64,000 bases of DNA, from NCBI GenBank assembly GCA_049320885.1, contig JBMORA010000001.1, positions 417,307-481,306 on the forward strand, written 5' to 3'. Below, one piece after another: positions 56,143-64,000 of the stretch. Both the position numbers and the translations under genes were made by a program. Within the stretch, counting starts at the first letter, position 1; every line of letters starts with the position of its first letter. A model generated the notes under the pieces. That model searched no databases and was not told the DNA's origin. It saw only the letters and a list, made by a program, of their open reading frames with translations. The DNA is from Thermodesulfobacteriota bacterium (lineage in GTDB: Bacteria > Desulfobacterota > Desulfobacteria > Desulfobacterales > SURF-7).

Positions 56143-57645
56143 TCACAATCTGTTGGAAAAAGAAAGTCCCTTCAGGCGTTCTGCCGTCCGTCGCCTGCCG
56201 ATGCACATCAGACATTCCAGAAAGCCGGGACCAACAGATTGGCCGGTAACCGCCACCCGAACTGCGTTGACCAGCGCACCAATTTTCAGCCCGAACTCCG
56301 CCGCCGCATCGCGGATCAGGGCTTCAAGGGTTTCCGCAACAAACGGTTCGAGACATTCCATGCGCCTGCCGAGCTCCGCCAGGCAGCCTATTAGACTGTC
56401 TTGGGACAGCACGTATTTTTCCAAGGCCTCCGGCTCCACGGGGAACTCATCGGTGAAATAGGCCCTTCCCAGGGTCGTAAAATCAGTGAGCAGTTGGAAC
56501 CGGGCCCGGATCAGATCGACAGTATCCAGAAACCACTTCCGCCCGTCCCCTTCAAAGAACGGTTGCCACAGGCCTTCCGTGATCAACTGGTCCCGGACAT
56601 ATCCGGCGACTTCCGCCACCGGCAGGGTGCGCAGATAATGGGCGTTGATGCTCACCGCCTTGGGATCGGCGATGAACCGGGGATCATCCTGGCGGAGATC
56701 GATGACCGGATTGTTGCGGCTGATTCCGGCAAAGGAAAAGGCCCGGATCAATTCGGGTGCGGAAAAAATTTCGCGATTATCCGCGGGCGACCAGCCCAGC
56801 AAGACCAGGAAATTGACCAGCGCCCAGGGCAGAAAGCCCTTTTCCCGGTAGTACTGAATCGCCACCGCCTCCCCGTGTTTGCGTTTGGAAATCTTGGCCT
56901 TCCCCGGATCCAGGGCCAGGGACATGTGGACAAAAACCGGGAGCGGGGCCCCCAGGGCCTGGTAAATCAGAATCTGCTTCGGCGTGTTGGCCAGGCCGTC
57001 CTGGCCGCGGATCACATGGGTCACGCCGTCGCGGATGTCATCCACGGAATTGGAAAGGACATACAGGGGCCGGCCGTTGGAACGCACGATGATAAAATCC
57101 TCGAGGTCCCGGTATTGTTTTTCGATCCGGCCATACACCGCATCCTCGAAAACGACTCCACCTTCCGTCCGGGGCACCTTCAGACGGATGGTGTGGGGCA
57201 GACCGGCCGCCTCCCTATCCGCCGCCTCCTCCGACCGAAGTCGCCGACAGGCGCCGTCATATCGATAGGTCGTCTTGCCCGCCCGGGCGGTTTCGCGCTG
57301 CCGGTCCAGTTCTTCCGGGGCGCAGAAGCATTTGTAGGCATATCCGCTTTCCACCAGCTGCCGGGCGGCCGCCAAATGGTGGTCGATATTCCCGCTCTGG
57401 AGATACGGGCCTTCGTCCCATTCGAGTCCCAGCCAGCGCAGGCCGTCCAGGATCCCCTGGACCGACGCTTGGGAGGACCGTTCCTCGTCGGTGTCCTCGA
57501 TGCGCAGGATGAATTTCCCGCCCGTTTTCCTGGCGTAGAGCCAGTTGAAAATCGCCGTCCGCGCGCCGCCGATATGCAGATAGCCCGTGGGGCTAGGGGC
57601 AAACCGCACCACGACATCCCGTTTCAAATGATCACCATCCACCAT
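56143..57645 (-). CDS. gltX: Glutamate--tRNA ligase
   Basis: RFAPSPTG, HIGG, LRIEDTD, KISKR, anticodon-binding domain present. Exact start uncertain. Confidence 0.93.
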   Translation of the reverse strand: MVDGDHLKRDVVVRFAPSPTGYLHIGGARTAIFNWLYARKTGGKFILRIEDTDEERSSQASVQGILDGLRWLGLEWDEGPYLQSGNIDHHLAAARQLVESGYAYKCFCAPEELDRQRETARAGKTTYRYDGACRRLRSEEAADREAAGLPHTIRLKVPRTEGGVVFEDAVYGRIEKQYRDLEDFIIVRSNGRPLYVLSNSVDDIRDGVTHVIRGQDGLANTPKQILIYQALGAPLPVFVHMSLALDPGKAKISKRKHGEAVAIQYYREKGFLPWALVNFLVLLGWSPADNREIFSAPELIRAFSFAGISRNNPVIDLRQDDPRFIADPKAVSINAHYLRTLPVAEVAGYVRDQLITEGLWQPFFEGDGRKWFLDTVDLIRARFQLLTDFTTLGRAYFTDEFPVEPEALEKYVLSQDSLIGCLAELGRRMECLEPFVAETLEALIRDAAAEFGLKIGALVNAVRVAVTGQSVGPGFLECLMCIGRRRTAERLKGLSFSNRL

Positions 57646-57671
57646 TCGTAATTCGTAATTCGTAATTCGTA
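57644..57671. repeat. Heptamer tandem repeat (ATTCGTA)4, perfect
   Basis: Four exact units between the DnaJ-domain gene stop and gltX. Confidence 0.9.
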
Positions 57672-57672
57672 A

Positions 57673-58476
57673 TTATTTAGCCCCTGGCAGCAAATCCCGG
57701 ATTTTTTCAAGCAATGTCCGCGGCAGCTCCACCCGCAGGTAGAGATCACCAGGCCTTCCGTCTGCGCCTTCCGTCAGCCCCATGCCGGCCAGCCGGATCC
57801 GTTGTCCGTGCTGAACCCCCGGAGGAATTTTCACCACCAGTTTCTTGTTCAGCCGGTGATGAAAATAGGCATACGGCCCCCCCTGGCGAGCCAGGTCCGG
57901 GCCGATCCGGATCGTATCCTGCAGATCCCCGCCGCTCTGCCGGAACAAGCTCTCTCCTGCTTTTCCCAGGAGGGGACGAAGAATGCGACCCAGCTTGCCG
58001 CTTTGAAACAATTTTGGCAGGGGCAGATTCCCGGGGCCGAACGCACCGAAAAAAAAGAACCCCCGCAGGGAGCCTCCGGGACCGGTAAAATGGAATTTGC
58101 GCGTATTCGGCCCGTAAAATTCCCTGAAGATTTCTTCAAATCCCCGGAACCCGAAGGAACGGGCCAGTTCGTCGAAAACCCGGTTGATGTCCGTGCCGGT
58201 GAAAATGTCCTGGTCCGTGTACTGCCGGCGGAAGCGGCCGTAGGCCCCGTCCGAACCGAACCGGCTGCGCAGCAGATCGTATTCGCTGCGTTTTTCCGCA
58301 TTGGAGAGCACGGCATAGGCCTCGTTGACCTGCTTCATTTTCTCCACCGCCGTCGCGTCGTCCTTGTTGCGATCCGGATGGTAGCGGAAGGCCATCTCGC
58401 GATAGGCCTCCTTGATTTTTTTGGCGTCCGCGTCCTGGGGAACGCCGAGTATTTCATAGTAATCTATCTGCTTCAT
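57673..58476 (-). CDS. DnaJ-domain protein (J domain, G/F region, partial C-terminal domain, no zinc finger)
   Basis: DYYEILGV, HPD, NEAYAVLS, KIPPGV...GDLYL. Confidence 0.9.
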   Translation of the reverse strand: MKQIDYYEILGVPQDADAKKIKEAYREMAFRYHPDRNKDDATAVEKMKQVNEAYAVLSNAEKRSEYDLLRSRFGSDGAYGRFRRQYTDQDIFTGTDINRVFDELARSFGFRGFEEIFREFYGPNTRKFHFTGPGGSLRGFFFFGAFGPGNLPLPKLFQSGKLGRILRPLLGKAGESLFRQSGGDLQDTIRIGPDLARQGGPYAYFHHRLNKKLVVKIPPGVQHGQRIRLAGMGLTEGADGRPGDLYLRVELPRTLLEKIRDLLPGAK

Positions 58477-58569
58477 TTCCTTATCCCCAAACCGTCTTCG
58501 GACGACTGTTCGTGATTGGCCGTATTTTTCAAGAATCCGCTGTCAGCAGAACCAAAGCCGGGCCCTTCC

Positions 58570-59394
58570 TCATGGCGGACTCCTGAAAGCGACCTGCCCG
58601 TTTCTGGAAAAGGGTACGGCCTTGACGCCGATTTTCGGAACATCCACCCCCATGCTGCCGGTGATTTCGTAGGCGGCCGAACCGGATTGCAGCATCCGGT
58701 AGGCGGTCTGGCCCAGGGTCAGAAAATCAAGCCGGACCGGAATCTCCAGCACCTGACGTCCCTGGTTGTCCAGGGGCTTCAACGCGGCGGTCTTGCCGGC
58801 GGCGAGCTGCACCCCGCCGATTTTGATGCCGTAGTCCAGGCTGCGGAGTACCATGGCGAAATCATTCTGGTTGGCCATTTCCAGTTGCAGGATCATCTCC
58901 GCGCCGGTCAGTGACAGCTCCCGGATGGTTGCCTTTTTCAAGGCGACCCGGGGCAGCCTGGGTATATCCAGCACCCCTTGCTGGCTGTAGGGAATCTGCA
59001 GCAGACCGAAGCCGAATGTCCCGGAAAGATCGTAGCCGAGTTTGTCCTTTTGCAACAAGTCGGCAACGGAATTGAAAAAATCCAGGTAATTGATCCGTAT
59101 GGGCAATTCCACTGCCTGAACCCCTTTGGCCGGCAGGGAAAGCCCCTGTTTCAGGTCACCCTTGACCAGTTCCCGGCCATCAACGGCGAGCCGGTAGGCC
59201 AGACTGTCCAGATCCAGCCCCACGGGGTTGGGATTGGTCACCTGGAACCGAAACACCGCCGTTCCATCGGTCAGGGACATGTCCTTCATGGAGACACTGT
59301 CGAAGGTCACCGTGGGTTGCTGGACCAGGGCCTGCAGCAAGGCGCACCCGGCCAGCAAAACGGAACAACCGATAAGAACAAACCATTTTTTCAT
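58570..59394 (-). CDS. Lipoprotein with two LEA_2/WHy domains
   Basis: LAGC lipobox; NPN and NQN motifs in a duplicated domain. Confidence 0.85.
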   Translation of the reverse strand: MKKWFVLIGCSVLLAGCALLQALVQQPTVTFDSVSMKDMSLTDGTAVFRFQVTNPNPVGLDLDSLAYRLAVDGRELVKGDLKQGLSLPAKGVQAVELPIRINYLDFFNSVADLLQKDKLGYDLSGTFGFGLLQIPYSQQGVLDIPRLPRVALKKATIRELSLTGAEMILQLEMANQNDFAMVLRSLDYGIKIGGVQLAAGKTAALKPLDNQGRQVLEIPVRLDFLTLGQTAYRMLQSGSAAYEITGSMGVDVPKIGVKAVPFSRNGQVAFRSPP

Positions 59395-59524
59395 GTCAAT
59401 TCCTCGTGCCCCCGTTGCAAATGATGAATGCCGCAATCCGACTGCCGGCATCCGGATCAATTATCGGAAAACAAGCCGGCGGTCAACCGCTAAGCGGCCG
59501 TCATATTCATCAGAAGAGCGGGCG

Positions 59525-59652
59525 GCGATCCAGCCGCACCCGTTCCCCAGCATCCCCCCCCGAATTCCCGCAACCCGAAATCCATGCACAAAAATCCATC
59601 TTTACTGTTCTGTTGCATGTGATACCCGATGGAATTCCAACGGTAATCCTCG
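59525..59652 (-). pseudogene. Remnant of a RAYT-like transposase (segment after the catalytic Tyr)
   Basis: Near copy of about 62913-63042 (CCGAATTCCCGCAA...AAAATCCATCTTTA...GCATGTGATACCCGATGGAATTCCA). Confidence 0.85.
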
Positions 59653-59736
59653 GTTACGATTTTCGCCGTTCGCCGCCAGCAAAAAGAAGCTTCCCAAAAG
59701 TATGGCCCATTTTTTCTTGACTTTTTGTTTTCTCTT

Positions 59737-59771
59737 CGCTACTTATTATGTAGCGCTACATTTTTTGTATC
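59737..59771. promoter_or_regulatory. Candidate HxlR operator (overlapping palindromes)
   Basis: CGCTAC-N7-GTAGCG, then GCTAC-N7-GTATC; the junction ATGTAGCGCTACAT is a perfect 14-bp palindrome. Confidence 0.55.
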
Positions 59772-59793
59772 ATTATCGGCAACAGGAGGCCGC

Positions 59794-60192
59794 ATGACAT
59801 CCCCGAAACCCGGAACCCCCGCCAGAGGCTCCCAGACCGGCCGCCCCATCATGGTGCTCCTGGATCTCCTGGGCAGGCGCTGGGCCCTGCGAATCCTCTG
59901 GGAACTGCATCAGAGCGGGCCCAACAGTTTCCGAACCCTGCAAAAACGATGCGGCGACATTTCCCCCACCGTGCTCAACGCCCGCCTGTCGGAATTGCGC
60001 GAAGCCGGCATCGTGGAGCTGCGCGATGGGGAGGGCTATGTCATCACTGCGGAAGGCGTCACCCTGGGCGGCATTATCGGTCAGCTCAATGCGTGGGCAA
60101 AACGTTGGGTGGAACACTCGGTATCCGCGAGCGGACCCCAGCCCACCGGAAAGACCTCGCCCAGAGGCAAAACCAACTCCTCAACCCCTTAG
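59794..60192 (+). CDS. HxlR-family winged-helix regulator
   Basis: LDLLGRRWALRILWEL, ISPTVLNARLSEL; GGAGG RBS. Confidence 0.92.
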   Translation: MTSPKPGTPARGSQTGRPIMVLLDLLGRRWALRILWELHQSGPNSFRTLQKRCGDISPTVLNARLSELREAGIVELRDGEGYVITAEGVTLGGIIGQLNAWAKRWVEHSVSASGPQPTGKTSPRGKTNSSTP

Positions 60193-60201
60193 GAGGAAAC
60201 C

Positions 60202-60603
60202 ATGCCCCATCACGTGCACCATGTTCATCTGTTCGCAGCGGACATCGAAAAAAGCCTGACATTCTACAAAAGCTTTTTCGGCGGCGAAGTCGTTCTAGAT
60301 CTGGAAATTGCCGGCGCCCGCAACGTCTTCATGAAGGTCGGCACCGGCCGTATCCATTTTTACGATCAGCCCCCCAAAATAAGCGGTCCCGGCAGCATTC
60401 ACCATTTCGGCATCCAGACCGACGATGTGGAAAGGGACTATCAGTCAATGAAGACCAACGGCATCCCCTTCAACAAGACCGTGGTGGACCTGGCCTACAT
60501 GAAGTACATCATGGTGCCGGCGCCGGACAACGTTCTCATCGAACTTTTTGAAATCAACAAAACGGTCATCCCGGCTGAATACCACGACTACTTTCCAATC
60601 TAG
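60202..60603 (+). CDS. VOC/glyoxalase-family protein
   Basis: HHVHL, HHFGI, PDNVLIELFE. Confidence 0.9.
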   Translation: MPHHVHHVHLFAADIEKSLTFYKSFFGGEVVLDLEIAGARNVFMKVGTGRIHFYDQPPKISGPGSIHHFGIQTDDVERDYQSMKTNGIPFNKTVVDLAYMKYIMVPAPDNVLIELFEINKTVIPAEYHDYFPI

Positions 60604-60616
60604 GGGCAAGGGGGGC

Positions 60617-61528
60617 ATGAAAATGAACTCGACTGTTGATTTCAGCGACATACAACAAATTCATGTAAGCGGCCCTGTCTCCACCGCCGGCCTTTTTTTC
60701 AAGGGTGCCTGGCGTTCCATTTTCCGATCCCAGGGTGTTCTGGTCCATCCACAGCCCAAACAACTGCTGGCGGAAATGAGGGGGGTTCAGGCGGATCCGG
60801 CCAAAGTGAAGCTTTACCGCGAGACGTGCGGCTATCCAAGTCATTGCGGAGAACTGCCGCTGCCTTTTCCAGAAACATTGTTTAACGGGCTACTCGGCCG
60901 GCTGGTGACCTCGCGGCATTTTCCCCTCAGCCCCGTCGGCCTTATTCACATCGGTCAGGGCATCACCCAATACCAACCGCTGCATGAAACCGCCGTTTTC
61001 GATCTCTGCTGCCGCATGTCAGGGCTGGCGCACACCGACCGGGGAATAGAGCTGAATGTCGCTTTTGAGGTCCGGGGGGAAGGTGATTTGGTATGGGACG
61101 GGATGGCCTATTTTCTATCACGCTCACCTGAGACCCTGAAGGGAAAAAGGAAAAAAACAGGACATCTCGCTGAACCGCCGCCGGCGGGCAGTTTGCGGAT
61201 CGATGTACCGGGGAACACCGGCTTGCGGTATGCCAAGGCATCGGGAGATTACAATCCTCACCATCTCTATCCCCTGACCGCAAAACCGCTCGGATATAAG
61301 CGTCCCATCGCCCATGGCATGTGGTCTCTGGCCAGGAGTCTGGCGGAAATCCAAAAAGAAATGCCGCTGCCGTATCCTGTTTCCGTTCGGGCCGAATTCA
61401 AGCTGCCCATTTATATGCCGGCCACCGTTGCCCTGAACTGGGAAAAGAACGAAAGGGGGAAAAGAACGGTTTTCAAGCTGTGCGACGCCCGGAGCGGACG
61501 ACCCCATGTAAAAGGTTCGATCGAGTAA
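60617..61528 (+). CDS. MaoC-like double hot-dog dehydratase
   Basis: YAKASGDYNPHH, PIAHGMW, FKLP. Confidence 0.9.
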   Translation: MKMNSTVDFSDIQQIHVSGPVSTAGLFFKGAWRSIFRSQGVLVHPQPKQLLAEMRGVQADPAKVKLYRETCGYPSHCGELPLPFPETLFNGLLGRLVTSRHFPLSPVGLIHIGQGITQYQPLHETAVFDLCCRMSGLAHTDRGIELNVAFEVRGEGDLVWDGMAYFLSRSPETLKGKRKKTGHLAEPPPAGSLRIDVPGNTGLRYAKASGDYNPHHLYPLTAKPLGYKRPIAHGMWSLARSLAEIQKEMPLPYPVSVRAEFKLPIYMPATVALNWEKNERGKRTVFKLCDARSGRPHVKGSIE

Positions 61529-61608
61529 ACCACCACCTGCATCGCGTGGGAATGATATTCATACGAAAACCGGCATCCCCATTCTCTACCGCAAATCATA
61601 CCCCCAAC

Positions 61609-61862
61609 ATTTGTGTTTCAGAAAGGGAATCTGACCGTCCAAACAGATCTTGTCCGGCCCGTACAGCCGGGCATAGCGTTCTTTGATGTCATCGTCCGCA
61701 ACCGCCTTCTCCGGCAACATCCGCAGCAATAAATGGAAATGGTTGCCCATGATATAAAAGCCGAATATTTCGAAAAAATAGATCTTACTCATCCGGCGGA
61801 TCAGCTCCACCAGGAAATCCTTTTCCACATCCCCCAACGGGAATCCGTCCAGCGCCGTCCGG
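61609..61862 (-). pseudogene. 5' fragment of a RAYT-like (Y1 HUH) transposase
   Basis: Near-identical to about 63236-63490; retains NHFH but stops before the catalytic Tyr. Confidence 0.9.
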
Positions 61863-62018
61863 TACACCATATGCCCTATCAAATATTTATCCAGATAAAA
61901 TCAAGACGCGCTTTTTCCTTGAGCTCATAACCAAAAGGCTTTATTATAAATCGAAATTCAACAATCAGAACTGGAACGCATGCGAAAGCATACTGGGTTC
62001 AAAAAAGGAAAACGAACT

Positions 62019-62270
62019 ATGCAAGTACTTTCCATACCATACAGCGAAGATCTACTTGTGGCCACCGGCAAATCAAAAGAGGCCCTCGAAAAGGAGATGT
62101 GCTTTCTGCTGGCTGTCAAATTGTTCGAACTTCGCCGCATCTCGTTGGGCAAGGCTGCGCAACTATGCGGTATGACAAAATTGCATTTTATGGATGAATT
62201 GGGCCGCATGGAAATACCGGTCATAAATCTTGACGATGACCAGATCCGGGATGAACTGAAGAATGCGTGA
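62019..62270 (+). CDS. UPF0175-family antitoxin-like protein
   Basis: LAVKLFE...ISLGKAAQLCGM...F..EL. Confidence 0.85.
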   Translation: MQVLSIPYSEDLLVATGKSKEALEKEMCFLLAVKLFELRRISLGKAAQLCGMTKLHFMDELGRMEIPVINLDDDQIRDELKNA

Positions 62271-62566
62271 AACCAGATCCCCAATTGGTCAAATCTTTGA
62301 GCATCCTGGTAGACTCCGGAGAAGCAGAAGCCATTGCCTTGGCACAAAAAACTGCCGACTGCATTATCCTGCTTGATGATTCTCGCGCCAGAAAGATAGC
62401 ACAACGGTTAAACATAAACCAAATCGGAACCCTTGGGCTGCTACTACGGGCCAAACGGCATGGAATGCTACAGAAAATAAAGCCCGCTATTGATGCTCTT
62501 ATTGAAAATGCTGTTTATATACGCCAAGAATTGATTACCGCTATTCTCGAGGATGCCGGGGAATAG
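62267..62566 (+). pseudogene. DUF3368/PIN-domain toxin-like protein, N-terminally truncated
   Basis: GEAEAIALA, LLDDSRAR, GTLGLLL and DAGE are present; the N-terminal PIN strand and helices are absent (99 aa). Confidence 0.7.
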
Positions 62567-62609
62567 AAGCATAGTCCGAAACAATCCGCAAAATCCGCGT
62601 CAAAAAATC

Positions 62610-63548
62610 CTACTCCTCCGATAGCCGCTTCAAAGAATATATCCCCGCCAATCCCGCAACGGGCTTCGGTTTCTTCTCCTTTTCATAACCGAACAATTCC
62701 CTGATCCGCTCATACTGCAACCGCACGAACTCCCTGGACCCGATAATCCCCGAATCCGTAAAATACCGGGTCCGGAACCGGAACCGGTCCACCCGCGTAA
62801 CCCGATACCCTTTCGTCCGCTCCCGTTCGATGACTTCCTGTTTTATTCCCCTTTCACCCGTCACCCGTCCAACTTCCCCCTTCTTTATCCCTCCGGCTTC
62901 ATACAAAAACCGCCGATACAGCCGCACCCTCTCCGTTGCCTCCGCCACGCCGAATTCCCGCAAGCCGAAATCCATGGACAAAAATCCATCTTTATTGTTC
63001 TGCTGCATGTGATACCCGATGGAATTCCAGCGGTACTCCTCCGGCCTTGCCACCAGGCCAGCCCGGATGGGATTCAAATCGATATAGGCCAGGCAGTTGA
63101 TCAGGGTTTCGCCTTTTTCCACGATCAGACTCTTGAATCGGCCGCCCCAGAAAAACCCCCGGCGGCCGTGGCGTTTGTTGTAATAGCGCGAAAAGACCTG
63201 TTTCAATTCCTTGCCGAACTCGGAAAGACTGGTCCATTTGTGTTTCAGAAAGGGAATCTGACCGTCCATGCAGATCTTGTCCGAGCCGTACAGCCGGGCA
63301 TAGCGGTTTTTGATGTCATCGTCCGCAACCGCCTTTTCCGGCAACATCCGCAGCAACAAATGGAAATGGTTGCCCATGATGCAAAAGCCAAATATTTCGG
63401 CAAAATAGATCTTGCTCATCCGGCGGATCAGCTCCACCAGGAAATCCTTTTCCACATCCCCCAACGGAAATCCGTCCAGCGCCGTCCGGGACATTATATG
63501 ATACACCGCCGGTTCATCCGGGATGACAATCCGTGCGCTTCTGGGCAT
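62610..63548 (-). mobile_element. Y1 HUH transposase, REP-associated tyrosine transposase (RAYT)-like, apparently intact
   Basis: MPR.AR, YHIMSR, CIMGNHFHLL, FWGGRFKS, YIDLNPIRAG, YRWNS. Confidence 0.9.
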
Positions 63549-63695
63549 ATCATGGCCTCCTCGTGTTCCTGTCATAAATGTTTTTCTATATATTTTCAGA
63601 TAGTTTTCTAATTTTGGTGAAATCCAGAGCCAATGCCCTTTTCATAAACGAATCCAAGCGGTTGGTCAAGCATATTTTGACTGTCCCTATTTTCT

Positions 63696-63782
63696 TTTCA
63701 GGATTAATGTTCCAGCAATACCGTGGAACCGGGTCGCACCAAGTTAACAGGCAGATATTTCAGGATTAATGTTCCAGCAATA
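63696..63782. repeat. 25-bp direct repeat, two copies 62 bp apart
   Basis: TTTCAGGATTAATGTTCCAGCAATA at 63696-63720 and 63758-63782. Confidence 0.9.
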
Positions 63783-63998
63783 TGTATTTTTTAGGCCAAT
63801 ATCGCTTTTTTTGACCCCAAAAAAGCAATTATAGAAACCCTCGTCTTCACGTAACTCGGAACAATTTTCAGCCTGCCGGATGGAACGTCCGATTGCCATG
63901 GAATTCATTTTTTTCTTTATCAACTCCATAAAAGATCGGCTGCCAACGGCGATTGATTGCGTCCACATCGATTCCCTCTGCAGGTCTGAATTGGATAC
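63744..63998 (-). CDS. C-terminus of a probable second RAYT-like transposase (5' end beyond the window)
   Basis: Frame open to the window edge; RESMWTQSIAVGSRSF...ELRE...Y resembles the C-terminal tail of such transposases. Confidence 0.55.
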   Translation of the reverse strand, partial: VSNSDLQRESMWTQSIAVGSRSFMELIKKKMNSMAIGRSIRQAENCSELREDEGFYNCFFGVKKSDIGLKNTYCWNINPEISAC

Positions 63999-64000
63999 CG

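Noticed and set aside
63696..63782. Possible CRISPR array (25-bp repeat, 37-bp spacer)
   Set aside because: Only two copies, one inside a coding frame; no cas genes or leader seen.
1..64000. tRNA, rRNA, riboswitch, prophage or integrase
   Set aside because: None recognised by eye; a covariance-model scan would be needed to exclude small RNAs.

Overview
GC-rich bacterial window with gene content and short repeats suggestive of Desulfobacterota (inference only). Left to right: (1) 1-20.3 kb, two convergent surface-glycan operons, including Wzm/Wzt ABC export, a methyltransferase-coiled coil-GT2-GT4 fusion, an MdoB-type phosphoglycerol transferase, five methyltransferase domains and two radical SAM enzymes. 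(2) 22.5-48.4 kb, one co-oriented minus-strand block: type II secretion genes (EFGHIJKLMCD), then a binding protein, kinase, sigma54 activator and TonB-dependent receptor, then a sigma54 promoter with tandem palindromes, a CAP protein, a candidate S-layer protein, a GP42-type transglutaminase-like protein carrying four copies of a domain resembling the S-layer candidate's C-terminus, and a UshA-like gene with an in-frame UGA (probable selenocysteine) that the ORF track splits. (3) A FecR-TPR-barrel/CHASE2 cyclase pair, stand-alone motAB, gltX and a DnaJ-domain gene. (4) A patch of HUH (RAYT-like) transposase copies and fragments with an HxlR-VOC-MaoC cassette and a damaged toxin-antitoxin pair. 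Best candidate for an undescribed system: a T2SS-exported, possibly enzymatically matured and glycan-associated S-layer with its own trans-envelope sigma54 control. All family calls are by-eye motif recognition; no searches were run.
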